A DNA stretch of 64,000 nucleotides from Azolla caroliniana (lineage: Eukaryota > Plantae > Polypodiophyta), in NCBI GenBank assembly GCA_043228905.1, contig JBHGNT010000011.1:15748001-15812000 (forward strand), given 5' to 3'. A model generated the notes under the pieces. That model had not been told where the DNA came from. It did not search any database and saw only the letters and a list, made by a program, of their open reading frames with translations. Shown one piece after another: positions 25,540 through 38,409 of this stretch. The translations under genes and the position numbers were made by a program. The stretch's first letter is position 1, and every line of letters starts with the position of its first letter.

Positions 25540-27145
25540 TCTCTCTCTCTCTCTCTTTCCCCAAAAAGATACTACATTAGTATTAGAAAACACCATAAGG
25601 CTAAACATACAAGATATACCACTGATCCCCTATGTTTTTCTAAATTCTAGCCATGAGCTTAAATAAATACTTTGGTGTTGAGTAGAACCAGTCCACCTTA
25701 TCAAAACGCCGTCTATAGAATATACCTATGTCCCAAATGGCATGAAACTCCAAACGCTTAAGCTCCGCTTGATGCGTATTACCTTTTATTCTATCCAAAA
25801 ACCCTCTGAGATTATACACAATCTCTATCCAAATTCCCGAAATTATTTGGGCAGTCTTTCAGTCACATTTTGAAATACTGTCAAACATTGAGCCTTCCAA
25901 ATATACCAAATTGTAATACTACTTACCAATTGCCATATTTGAGTTTTATCAATTTGTATTTGTGGATTCATAGTGATAAAAAAAAATTCCATCAAACCAT
26001 GCCTCATCACAATAGCATCTGCAACCTCCTCCTGTTCATATACCATAGGTTTATCATGTACCACCGCCCATAATATTGCACCCCATGTATACATTGTTGT
26101 AGGATATACTGGAGTTAATAATTTTATGATTCATTTCCGTATGTCCAGAGCAAAACCACAACTCCACAAACAATGTTTAGCAGTCTCTATTACATCTGTA
26201 CAGAAAGGGCACACTTGTCTACATTTCCTTTTCACCACCCATTAACTGGTATAGCATTATGAACCACGGCCATCGAAAACAAACAATATTTCCTACTCAT
26301 CTTTATATCCCATAGCCATTTCCAAAATTGTTTGAGATGTTGTGGAGAAAGTCCATTTCGTCTCCAAACAACATTTGCAGTTGGTTCTTTCCATAATCTA
26401 GCACCTAATATTTTCCTACCAATCTTCACAGACTATTGAAAGAACGGCATGTATTTGATGTGATCTTGCACCCACACCTTCCAATACAATTCTCCAGGAT
26501 CCCAAGTTAATCTAGATATTGGTCTCCTTTCCATAATCCAAATCCTCCAAAAATAATTCACCTTTTGAGGGTCTGGGTTTAAGACCCAATTTGATCCACT
26601 TTTTGCAATCACTCTCACTTCTTTATGCAAACAAAACCTAAACAAATCATTTTCCTTAGGTGTAAAGATTAGCCTACCATCATCTTGTACATCAAAACCC
26701 ATACACTCTTGTTCCCCAATATAGGCTTTAACTCCAATTAAAACATCAAATGGAGTAAATAAACCCATCCACTTTTGTGTAGTAGATCCAATTTGCATCT
26801 GAGTATTAAAAAGGGCATTTTGTATTGCAGAATACATTATCTTCCCACCCCTTATATTACTAATTAGTATCATTTGTTGATCTATAGGTTTAGACAGAAA
26901 TGTTGACCATGCACCTATAGATTGTGCTGGCCCATGATCTAATTCTGCCCATGCACATCTAGTACGCATTCTCAACATCTGCCCTCTCTGGTCAGTCAAC
27001 CATGAATTCCAAATCAGGGGTTGTCTACAGAATTTAGATTCTGTTTTTGGCAATGTCTTAACTAAATCAAGAGAAATATCTTTCCATGCATTAAGAACAT
27101 ATTGAGCAAATCTCTCTTCCCAGTTTGTGGCCATAACCAATTTGT
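25540..27145 (-). pseudogene. L1 LINE ORF2 3' part (post-RT domain and zf-RVT)
   Basis: RQPLIWN, WAELDHGPAQSIGAW, LTWDPGELYW, FWKWLW and WQLVSSITIWYIWKA, collinear with the LINE at 18.1-19.6 kb; ends near a (GA)n tract. Confidence 0.85.
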
Positions 27146-27882
27146 TATGTAATTCGAACCACGGTAACCCCAAGACAAGTGGATGATCTGGACTACTAAT
27201 TATATTAAATGATACTACACACACCAAGTTATCTGGTGTCGTGAAGAAAACCGTCCACGAGCGGAATCGGTGCGCCGGAGCATAGGAACCGGCTCTTCAT
27301 GCACGTACGCCTTACGTTGTACATAAGAGAGAATTAGGGACATAGAAGATCCTAGGTAGGTAGATTCGGTAGGTAGGAAGTTAATAGGAAACGGCTCCTT
27401 CCTTGCCTATAAAAGGAGGGAGACGAGAAGGGGGGAGGGGGACCGCGAAATCAGAGAGGACGAAGTGCTGTCGGGTTGTCGGTCGAAGGCTTCTCTCTCT
27501 TCCATACTCTCCATAGCTTCTTTCTGTGCAGGTTTCGTGAGGCTCGCGCTGCTCTGAAGAATGCCCGAGTGCTTCCGGCAGCACCTCCAACCTACTCCCT
27601 TCTTCCTGTGCGTTTACGAACAGGCATCGGCATCTGTTCGCCGGCTTGTTCGGTTGTAACCGACTTCGTGTTTTGTTGTTTGTCTTTGTTAATATATACT
27701 TACATACCGTTGTGCCTCTCTGTGTTGGTCTCCACGCTCGCGTCTTCGTGTCGAAGGGCCGTGTCCCTGTGGATCTACGCTCGCACGTAGTGGGTCTCTT
27801 CTCCTTTCTCTCTTGCTCTTCGGTACAGGACCCCCGAGGTCCCGCCTCATTCCACGCATCCGCGAGGAATACCTCGACATCT

Positions 27883-27900
27883 TGGTGAACCCGACGTGAA
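27883..27900 (+). promoter_or_regulatory. Primer binding site, tRNA-Trp type
   Basis: TGGTGAACCCGACGTGAA is the reverse complement of TTCACGTCGGGTTCACCA, the plant tRNA-Trp 3' end as recalled; identical at 62760-62777. Confidence 0.85.
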
Positions 27901-27922
27901 AGAGGCGGCAGAAGAGCAAAAG

Positions 27923-30049
27923 ATGAAAGGGTCGGATCTTGCGGAGGCCATGGCTTCGGCCGTGGATCGGATATTGAGCGCACGCGAGGGCTCCGACACC
28001 CTCGACAGAGCCATTGAGGCGGTCGTCGGTATGATCGGCCAGTTCAGCGGAAAGGATGCCACGAAGTATTTGGCGTCCTACGGGGCAGAAATGCTGATGC
28101 GGGACATTCCGGAAGAGAGGCGTCTTGCCGAGTTCCCTCGAGTGGCGATGCCGAGCATCCATGCGGAGGTGCTCGAGGTACGGGCGGAGAGCCGTACCTG
28201 GGAGGAGTTCGAAGGCCGACTCCTAGAGAAATACGGGCTGGACGACGCGCTTCGGCTTTCGAAACAGGACTTCATGGAATGGGTGGAGTCCCCCGGCAAG
28301 GGAAGAAACGCGTCGGCACTCCTCCGAGAGTTTGAAGAACGCTTTGCGCGCCTTTCGGCGCTTGACCGAACCATTCTGGATACGAGCCGGGTCCTACTGT
28401 TCGTCAAGTCGGTGGACGAGCGGGACCGGGATCAAGTCGGCTCCTTGCTGGAAACCGAAGACGGGCTAACGACCGACTGGGCTGCGGTTAAGAGAGTCTG
28501 TGGCCGTTTCGACAAACGGCGAGAATGGGCTGACAATGGGGCGGTTGGTACGAGCTCTGTCACAGCAAGGAGGCTTGAACCGGCACCGCAAGGGCGAAGG
28601 GAAGAAACCCGGGAATGGCTCGAAACCGGTCCGGCTTCGACCGGCATGGTTAGTGGCTCGTCCGGAGGAGCAGCGCTGGAGGAGTTGACGCGGGCGATAA
28701 AGGATCTCCAGATCGCCCAGACTCGAAGGGAAGGCGGCGAACCGGCTCGTGACCAACGACCCGTAGCAGGGAACAGGTGCATGTGGTGCGACGAGGTCGG
28801 TCACATCCGAAAGGACTGCGGCGATTTCGCAGAAGCATTGAGGAACCGGGTGGTGTACTTGTGGGAAGGTCGGGTGCACGCCGGCAACACCAGAAGGGCC
28901 CTAAACCGAAACGACGGGCGAGGAGGAATGAAGAGATTGATGGAAGAGGCAGCGGCCCGACACGTAGAGGCCATCCACTACTCGGCGTCGGCCGGCATTC
29001 GGGTCGGGGGCAGCGAGGCCCGAAAGGAGGGCAAAGACGGATTCTGGTCGGCAATGCTGGAAGGTCTCGCCGGCGCACGGCTAAGGAAAAATGAAACGGA
29101 CCGCGCTGAGAGACGGGTCCGGGAAATAACCGGGTGGAGCGACCCGGTCGAGGAGAAGACGGGCTTCGTAGAGGCCGCCTGCCGGAACTACGAGGTTCTG
29201 GTAGAAGACAAACGAGTAGGGAAAGCCGGAGCGGCCGGGCCCTCACAACGATACAAGACCCGATTCAGGCAACGACGGAACGATGCTGGTGGGTCCAACG
29301 CACAAGATAACCCCAAGAAGGGCGGATACCGACTGGGGACGGAAATAGAAAGGACCACGGACCTACGAAAGGTCCTAGAAGAACGGATCCTCGACAGCAA
29401 AGTGGAGCTGTCATTGTGGGAGGTGCTGGGGATCGTTAAGAAGGAGTTCCACGACTCCATTGTGGACTTGGTGAAGCGGAAGAGGCTGTCGACGGAGACG
29501 GAACCGGAAAGACCGGTGGAGGTGCGGACGACGCACATCGACGACTTGGCGCTGGAAGATGAGTGGGCAGAGAGCCACTATTAAAGGCCACACTGAGCCC
29601 GAGCGACCACGGAGACCCCGGTAAAGATCGGAGATGTTCAGGAACCGGTGGTGGCACTGGTGGACCACGGTTCGGAAATAAACCTGATGTCCATGGACTT
29701 CTATAAGAAGGGAAAGTGGCTGATCAACACCAAGCACGGGTGGAAGATACGGGTGGCGACACGCGCCACCGAGGAACTGCACGGGGCTTGCCCGAACGTG
29801 CGAGTCAAGATCGGCGACGTCGAGATTGACCAGCACTTCTTCGTACAGGAGATGTCCTCGCACCTGGTCATATTAGGGGAACCATACATCACGACGGCGC
29901 GGATGGAGACCAAGGTGCTGGACAACGGTTCGGCCTACGCGAGGGTCAAAAGCCAGGACGGGCGCCATTCGGTGCAATTTCTGACGGTGCGACCGAACCA
30001 CGAGCGAAACCGCGAATCCCTCGGTGGCGAGAACCGGGAGGATTTTTAG
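27923..30049 (+). pseudogene. gag-protease ORF in one frame, two acquired stops
   Basis: Zinc knuckle CMWCDEVGHIRKDC; protease ALVDHGSEINLM. Stops at 29582 and 29594 correspond to sense codons in copy 2. Confidence 0.85.
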
Positions 30050-33000
30050 AGAGGGCTGCCAAGGCGTGGGGCCGAGACAACCCGGACACTCGGGAAAGAC
30101 CCCACAGCTGTACGATAGAACCGAAACCGAAGAAACCTTGTACGATAGGTAGGAAATTTTGCTTCTCCAACGACGGAGGGTGTGTGATGGTCGACATCGT
30201 TGGCCAAGAGAAGGCAAGGGCGGAGGAGCGACTTCGAGCGTGCGGAGTTCTTGGCCCGAACGAGGAAATCAGCGGAGGCGTGGAGGCGGTCTCCTTCGAC
30301 GACACCTTGGAAATGCTGAGGGAGGAAGCCGGAGAAGACCTTAACGAAGACCGGACGATACCGGTATGTTCCGAAGAGATGTACGAAGTCATCGCGAACT
30401 TCAGTCGGGGGCTCGGGTCGGATCGGACGGCCCGAGTTAGCACGAAGTACAAGACTGTGGACCGGAAGGTAAGGCCAGTCGCGGCACCCTTACCAAAGGG
30501 CAGCGAGTCCCGAATCAGAGGGGTTGCGTCGGAACCCAGTTTACAAGATCCGGCCTGCATAGGACACACCTTCACCGACGGGACGCTCCGGGAGCTCAAG
30601 ATCAGTGGGGGCGGGTTCCTACTGCCGGCGGAGGAAGACCGGTTTCGGAGAATGCTCGGAAGGCACGGAAAAGCCTTCGCATTCTCACCGGAAGAGATCG
30701 GGTGCGTAGACCCGACAATCGTGGAGCCAATGGTGATATTCACGGTACCGCATGTACCGTGGAATCTCAAGCCGATTCCAGTACCGAGAGCTCACATCCC
30801 GAAGTTGATGGAGCTATTGAGGCAGAAAGTCGATATGGGCATTCTCGAACCATCGAGTGCCCCATACTCGAACCGATGGTTTACCGTACCAAAGAAAAAC
30901 GGAACATTGCGCTTCATTTAGGACCTGCAGCCGGTCAACAAAGTGACCATTCGGAACGCAGGAATCGGACCGACCATAGACGAGTTCGCGAAGGCCTTCG
31001 CCGGAAGGTCGATTTATTCGGTCGGTGATCTGTACTCGGGGTACGACCAGTTCTAGCTAGCCGTGGAGAGCAGAGACATTACGACGATGCGAACTCCCCT
31101 CGGCCTAGTGCGAATGTGTACCCTGCCGCAAAGTGGGACCAACTCGGTGGCCCACATGGTGAATGCAATGAACAAGGTACTGAGGGATTGCATCCCGGAC
31201 ATCACCATGCCATTTCTGGATGACATCCCGATAAAGGGGTGCCCGGTGGGAGAGAAGGACGAGACAGTCGGGCCGGACGGATGCCGACGATTCGTGGCAA
31301 CACACATCGACGACTGCGAGAAGGTGCTACAAAGGCTAGAGGATGCAAGGCTCACCTTCTGCGGGGAGAAATCAGCCTTCGGGCAATCAGAGATCCTGGT
31401 GGTCGGACACCTATGTGGACCATATGGCCGGAAGCCGTCTCCAGCAAAGGTAGAAGCCATCTCCGCGATGAAGACCAATTGTAGCTCGGTTACGGAAGTT
31501 CGGAGGTTCCTGGGGGCGTGCGCATTCTACCACATATGGATCCCGCATTACGCCCACATTGCGGAGCCGCTATACGGGTTGCTGAAGAAAGGGCGAAAAT
31601 TCAAGTGGTGAGACGAGCACACGGAGTCGGTCCGGAAGCTGAAGGAAGCTCTTGCGGCAGCACCGGCGCTCCGGAAGGCTGTCTACGGGAAGGGTACCCC
31701 GGTATACATAACAATGGATACGAGTCCGACCGGGATCGGATGGGTCGTCAACCAAGAAGACGAGGACGGCATTTGGTTCTCGATCCGATTCCGCGCGAAG
31801 GTCCTCAGTGAGCGACAGCGAGGGTACGCCCAGATTAAACGCGAACTCTGGGGTATCGTTTCAGCAGTAAAGGCCGACAAAGACTACCTGATTGGGACAG
31901 AAGTGGTTATCGAGACGGATTGCCTGCCGATTCTCGGCATGGTTTCCGGATGCGCGACACCGGACCTAGCGATGCTCAGGTGGATAGCGTATATCAAGTC
32001 CCTGGACCCGGAAATACGGCACATTTCCGGAAAGGACAACGCCATGGCCGACATGCTTTCGAGGGCGAGGTTTGATGACGAGGGCGGCATGGTTTCGGAG
32101 GACGAAGAAGTCGGCGTGGACTTCTTCGAGGCGGCGTACGTGACGACCGATGGGACGAGCACTCCGGCACTTAACGACTTCGACGAGAGCAAGTACGACG
32201 GCGAGTGGCTCCAGATCGGTGGATTTTTGAGGACAATGACGCCGGATGCGTCATGGACGAAGGACGAGGCCAACCGGATCCGGAAGAAAGCTTACCGATT
32301 CTTTCTCTAGGACGGATACTTATGGAAGCACCCGAAGAAGAGGAACGGCGTCCCACTCCAAGTGGTGACGATGAAGGAAGATCAGGAGGAGCTGCTGACG
32401 GCTTACCACGACAGCCCTTGGGCTGGACACTGTGGAACGTGGGCCACGTTGGAGAAGAAAAAGGGGCAGTACTAGTGGTCGGGACTGTACCGGGACGTGC
32501 ATCGGTTCGTGACAACTTGCGAGAGCTGTCATATGCACTCCGTGGTCCGACATCGGGACGAGCTTCACCTACGTACCCTCCGACCATCCACTTCAAATGG
32601 ATGGTAGACCTGGTGACGATGCCGATGGGAGTAGGACAGATGCGGTACCTGGTCCTGGCTCGAGAAGATCTGACGAACCAGGTGGAAGGCCGAGCCCTTC
32701 AGAACAAAACGACTGCGGACGTGATATGCCGGTACGGGTGTGTCGGGAAGATCATGGCTGATCGCGGGGAGTTGGGCGCCGAAGAGGCCAAGGAGTTGTT
32801 CGACCGACTAGGAGTCAAGCTTTCGCTTACCACTGCGTACAATCCGGAGGCGAATGGAAAGGTGGAGCGCGGACACGGACCGATCGTCAAGGCGTTAGTT
32901 CGGGCATGCGGAGGTCAAGTCGGGAACTGGCCGCGGCTGCTGCCTTACGCATTGTGGGCGGACCGAACTACACACAGTTCGGTAACGAGATTCATGCCAG

Positions 33001-33515
33001 CAGAGCTCATGTTTGGGCAGAAGCCGATCATGCCGATGGAACGTACGATCTCCTCATGGGCAACCGTGGACTGGAGAGACGAGATGAGCCGGGAGGAACT
33101 GTTGACGGCGCGCATACGGCAGCTCGAGCGAAGACCGAAGGACGTGGAGCAGGCTGTGAAAAAGCTTCGGGTGGCAAGGACGAGGAACAAAGCCCGGTTC
33201 GACCGGACGCACCAGCTCTGACCGAAGAAGATCGAGGAAGGCGACTGGGTGCTTGTCTACGACAGCAGCCTTGACAACCAGCACCGAGCGACACGGAAGT
33301 TCGCAAGAAGGTGGTTCGGGCCTTACGTGGTACAAAGCGCCAACGACAACGGGACGTACCATCTGGCGGAACTCGACGGCACGAGAATGGCGATACCGGT
33401 AGCTGGGAAGCGGATCAAAGCGTTCAAGAAGCGTCACGACGACGAGCCGGATCCGGATATCCTGGACCGGGACGACGAACGATCCGAAACCGAAGAACCG
33501 ACGGGCGGGGAATAA
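30040..33515 (+). pseudogene. pol (RT, RNase H, integrase) in the -1 frame relative to gag-PR
   Basis: DLYSGYDQ, LPQSGTNS, FLDD; RNase H DTSPTGIG...ETDC...ADMLSR; integrase HHCC, D-D-E and WFGPY; several stops and a frameshift. Confidence 0.9.
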
Positions 33516-35851
33516 AGGCTGGACCGGTTTTCTCCGTCCCAACTCAATTTGGCGCATGCCGGTGGATGCGCGGTTAGGTGGGGGCGGATGTCGTGAAGAA
33601 AACCGTCCACGAGCGGAATCGGTGCGCCAGAGCATAGGAACCGGCTCTTCATGCACGTACGCCTTACGTTGTACATAAGAGAGAATTAGGGACATAGAAG
33701 ATCCTAGGTAGGTAGATTCGGTAGGTAGGAAGTTAATAGGAAACGGCTCCTTCCTTGCCTATAAAAGGAGGGAGACGAGAAGGGGGGAGGGGAACCACGA
33801 AATCAGAGAGGACGAAGTGTTGTCGGGCTGTCGGTCGAAGGCTTCTCTCTCTTCCATACTCTCCATAGCTTCTTTCTGTGCAGGTTTCGTGAGGCTCGCG
33901 CTGCTCTGAGGAATGCCTGAGTGCTTCCGGCAGCACCTCCAACCTACTCCCTTCTTCCTGTGCGTTTACGAACAGGCATCGGCATCTGTTCGCCGGCCTG
34001 TTCAGTTGTAACCAACTTCGTGTTTTGTTGTTTGTCTTTGTTAATATATACTTACATACCGTTGTGCCTCTCTGTGTTGGTCTCCACGCTCGCGTCTTCG
34101 TGTCGAAGGGCCGTGTCCCTGTGGATCTACGCTCGCACGTAGTGGGTCTCTTCTCCTTTCTCTCTTGCTCTTCGGTACAGGACCCCCGAGGCTCCGCCTC
34201 ATTCCACGCATCCGCGAGGAATACCTCGACACCGGGACAACCTAAATTGGCTCTGACTCTTTTACGATTTTTCCAGAAGCAATGGGACGACCATCAATAA
34301 CTACTACAAATGTTGGGCAAGAAAGTTTTCTTAGGGATATCTGATAAGCTTGGGCAAGAGTTGGTTCTGAAATCTAAGAGTGCTAAGACATGTACTAGAG
34401 GAGTACTTTTAGTATTAACCATTACTTGAGCTAAGAACACATTGCTAACTTGCTTGGAGGAAATGGAACCACTAATGGGCTGCACAGATCTAGGGTTGTC
34501 CAACCAAACGGCTCCTATTTTGGTTGGACTGAATCGTTTAACTCTTCTTCTAGCTGACTAAGGATTTCAAATTTGTTTGAAAGGCTTGGGCTATTAGGAC
34601 TATCAGACATGCCTAGAAAAATAGACTCTGATTTAATACTAGCGGTTATTTGATTTACTTGTCTTCTTGGTCGATGGGGACAATTCACTATAATATGCCC
34701 CGGTCCACCGTGGCGGCAATAAAGACATAATCGATTTGCTTGACATCATTGCTTTTCTTCTTTTGATAGTGGTCTACGACGACGTGTGGTGTTGATTTCC
34801 ATTGGAGTAGGAGTATTTGTTGGAGACGTATTCAATGACTCCTTTGGGAAAGGCTTTGTTACAATTGAAGCATAGGTGGCTTCAATCTTGTCCTCGGCAT
34901 TTGGAACTGACGTTCCGAACGTCGTTCGAAGAGGCGGTTATCGCATCGTACTGCACAACTGATTGCTTCTGCCAATGACTTTGGTTCTTCGGGGAAGGTC
35001 AAGAGTAAATCCTTGACATCGTTACGTAGGCCATAACAAAATTGCTCTATTAATGCTTGGTCATCCCAGGGGATATCGTAGGCGAGTAGACGGAAATCTG
35101 CAGCGTATGTGGAGGCTGGACGATCACCTTGATGTAATCGGCGGATTGTTTTTATTGTTCTCCTTATGCTATCAGTATCTCCAAACCAAGCTTTAAACTC
35201 ACTTATAAATTCTTCAAAATTGTTTAGTAATGGAGATTCCTTTTCTAATAATGGAGCGAACCATGCCAAAGTTGAGCCACTTAACAACGTGCCTACTAGA
35301 CCCACTCGTGATGTATCGGTGGGATATCAAGAAGGATGCATTTGAATGACTAATCGTACCTTATTAAGGAATCCTCTAAACTATGATTGCATTCCATCGA
35401 ATTTCATAGGAAGGCTGATCGTGGGTTCTTTATGGATCCCTTGAGTACTTGGTCCTTGTTGTTGCAACACTACAATGGTTGCTTCGAATTGTTGCATGTG
35501 TAACGCTAGTTCCCCATGTTGTTGCTACATCTGCTGCTTTTCTAAGGAGATTTGTTGAAGATCCCCCAACAACCGTTGATTTTCTTGTTCTAATGCGAGA
35601 AACTTCTCTTTCAAGCATTGCAACTCCGAGAAAACGTATTGATATTCTTGAGCGCTAACAATGGCCATAGCATGAGAGCAAAGTGGAATAAGAGATTAAT
35701 ATGAAGGGAGGGAGAAGTAAGAAGATTAAAGGACGAGGACGGACAAAATCGGTTCAAACTGTCATGAATAGTACTGAGACAGAGAGGAAATTAGTACTAA
35801 GAGATGAAGATTAGTACTAAGAGGGAAAGAGGGTGTAGAACACTCGAGAGA

Positions 35852-35909
<58 letters not shown>

Positions 35910-36184
35910 GGGAAGAAGAAGAAGCGAATTTGTTTTTGTTCTTGCACTCTATCGGCAACGGAATTGGGCACAAAGAAAAACGTTAGAAAACCCTCAATTA
36001 GAGCTTCGTAACGAGGCATAGCAAGTTAAATTTGGTATCTGTACGAGAAACAACGATAGAAATAAGGAATCTTGTATTTTCGGCATCCACATACTTAACA
36101 CACATTGCAGGTCTTCTATTGTCTTCATCATCTTCGACCTCTTCGATCGGGTGAGTTCCGGTTGTATCTCCTGTTCATGGAAAA

Positions 36185-37687
36185 TTGTTTTTATCCCATA
36201 TCGATATCACCTCAAGAGTAATGGATATACACATGAATTCCTCACAAATTGTGGGGGACATCAATATGGAAACAATTGATCCAAAAAAGAGTAATGTGAT
36301 GGTTGAATGTAATCGTGAAAGGGAAGACGTTGGAAGCTCTAAAAGGTTTAAGGGTATTGAAGAAATTAATGAGAAAAAATTGACATATGCCGAAGTAATA
36401 CATGTAGATGAGGTTGACAAGGATCATTGTAATTGGGATAATTTATGGGGAATTGCCAATACCTTGTTGTTTGATATTGTGGAAGAAAATGAAAATGAAG
36501 CGAAAAAATGCATTGATGAAGATGTGCATGATGTGGAAGTTGATGCTAAGGCAGTGTTGCAATCTTTTGATGTATTCTATGATCGTGCAGTTACATTATT
36601 TTTTACTGGGAAACTCCCATACATTAATTGGATTAAACAATGGTTAAACACAATTGTGTCACCAAATTGTGTTGAAAATATATATGCAGGACCATGAGGG
36701 TTTTATGATGTAGAGTTTCGTTCACCGGAACATCGAAGTGCATTGTTGGCTAAAGTTCTCGTGTTTTTTTATAAACGATTAGTGCATTTAATGCAATGGT
36801 TCCCCGTTGTGGACTATCATGCTTTCTTAAAACAAGAATGCCATGTTTGGGTATCAGTGGATTGTAAGCATGCTTTTTTATGACAACTTTTACTAGAGTT
36901 GATGAGTCAAATGGGTGAAGTGTTGGTATCTCCACATGCAAATGCTACGAATAAGTGCAGATTTTGTGTGTTATGGGATACAAGTCGTAAGAGGCCAGGA
37001 TGGGTGTGTGTGAACACACCTAGTATGAAAAGACTTGGGTGTGTGTGAACACACCTATTATGAAAAGACTTTGTTTTAAATTGAAGTGGGAGACATTTGT
37101 AGGTCATTGTATTGGATGTGGTGAATGGGGTCACTTTATGGCGGAATGTCATCATAGTTGTCCTTCAACTATAGAGGTTCCTAATGAAGGGAATGGTAAG
37201 GAAGGAGTTGGGAGAGATGTTGGTGTGTCAGATATTGTGGTTGTTATGGATGAAGGAACATCATCTAGAGCAGGTTATAAATAGGTTTTAGTTCAAGTTT
37301 TGGGCCCTAAGAATAAGGGAACTCAATCTATGGATATGGAAAAACAAAGTTTGGTGGTTATAAATAAGGGGAAAAAACCGTTGGATAGAACTAGTAGTGA
37401 TGTCGTTGTTGAAAAGGATTGACATCAGGTTAAAGTCAAGTAAAAGGGGAAATCAATGTATGCAACGTAATAATTTGCCCACTACTCGTAAGACTACTTG
37501 GAAAGGAAATTCAGGAACTAGGGAGGGTCCTCGAAAAGTTCCTTGGCAAAGACAATTTAGGGATGAAGGATTACCCCTTCATCTTCAATTTGATCCATTG
37601 AGACGGGTTGTAAATTCATCGAATTCTCAAGGTTTTCATCGAACAAGAGAACCTAAACAAAAGATTTCGATAGACAACCCTAAGGAT
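36185..37687 (+). pseudogene. LINE ORF1, disrupted
   Basis: GP*GFYDVEF, VWVSVD and a CCHC knuckle; stops and a 35-bp duplication near 37000-37070. Confidence 0.75.
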
Positions 37688-38409
37688 TGTTGTCCGCCGG
37701 AATAGTAACCGACAGACAAGAGCGTAGGAATAAGAAATAATATAAGATCATAACGCATGTAACGGTTCACGCAGGAAGCGTGAACGGCTAAATAGACCCT
37801 GCGTATATAAAGGGCAGAAAACCTCTCATAGAGGGAGCGTGTAATTTTGGGAATGTAAGAAACGTCTCATAATAGAATTCTATCTTCTCTTATTCTGTGT
37901 ATAGCTACGGCTAATCCATTGTGTGTGTCTTGAAGACCTAAGCGTGTAAGAACGTAAGTGTAACCTTTGCTAAGGATTCGGTTGTAGCCGTCTCCCTTAT
38001 ACGCTGATAGGTTACAGGGAACATTCCCCTACGCATTACGCTTAGACGCCTATTCGTTCTTCCACACCCACTTGGAGGTCTAGGTCGAAGGACTGACCAC
38101 GGACCGTGTTCCTAATCGGCAACACTTTTGGCACACTTGGTTATCTGTGTCATCTCACAGATGAACAACGACGAATGGATGTTTAGCTGCAGACGCCCAG
38201 AGAACCAACACGACAAGACCGGCCAATAACAAGGTCTGTCACACGCCAGGCAGAAGAAAGCACACAGCAAAAGCCGCTCCTCAGCAACCTCAGTACTACC
38301 TACTGTGAGTACAAAGGTGATTCTTCGCTCTCCAAATACCTCGACAAGACGCAGGGACTACGCTCACCACAGCCACCCGGTGGTCTTTCCCGACCCGCTG
38401 TAGCCCCCA

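Larger units (their letters stand above)
27237..34231 (+). mobile_element. Full-length non-chromoviral Ty3/Gypsy retrotransposon (copy 1), inactivated
   Basis: 643-bp TG..CA LTRs at 27237-27879 and 33589-34231, about a dozen transitions apart; PBS 27883-27900; PPT-like aggtgggggcgga; TSD ctgg/ccgg; order gag-PR-RT-RH-INT with no chromodomain. Confidence 0.96.
27146..35850 (-). mobile_element. Truncated Tcn1-like (chromovirus-type) Gypsy remnant, gag and protease, split by the insertion at 27237-34231
   Basis: gag (LLSGSTLAWFAPLLEK...YAADFRLLA...GLRNDVKD) 34859-35305; protease ALLDF 34294-34503 continues across the insertion to VLGLPWFELHN; partial LTR end at 35760. Lineage is inferred from gag resemblance only. 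Confidence 0.7.

Noticed and set aside
26433-27227. 264-aa ORF as a novel protease-LINE fusion gene
   Set aside because: Chance in-frame junction of two truncated TE remnants at ~27145; starts at TTG next to an insertion site.
27237-34231. Bacterial or horizontally transferred DNA because of high GC
   Set aside because: LTRs, PBS, TSD and three diverged copies show a resident retrotransposon family; deep origin needs phylogeny.
27381-34300. Numerous overlapping and antisense ORFs in the GC-rich Gypsy copies (also 40.1-44.9 kb, 45954-46997 and 62-64 kb)
   Set aside because: Shadow ORFs expected from high GC and codon bias; no recognisable motifs.
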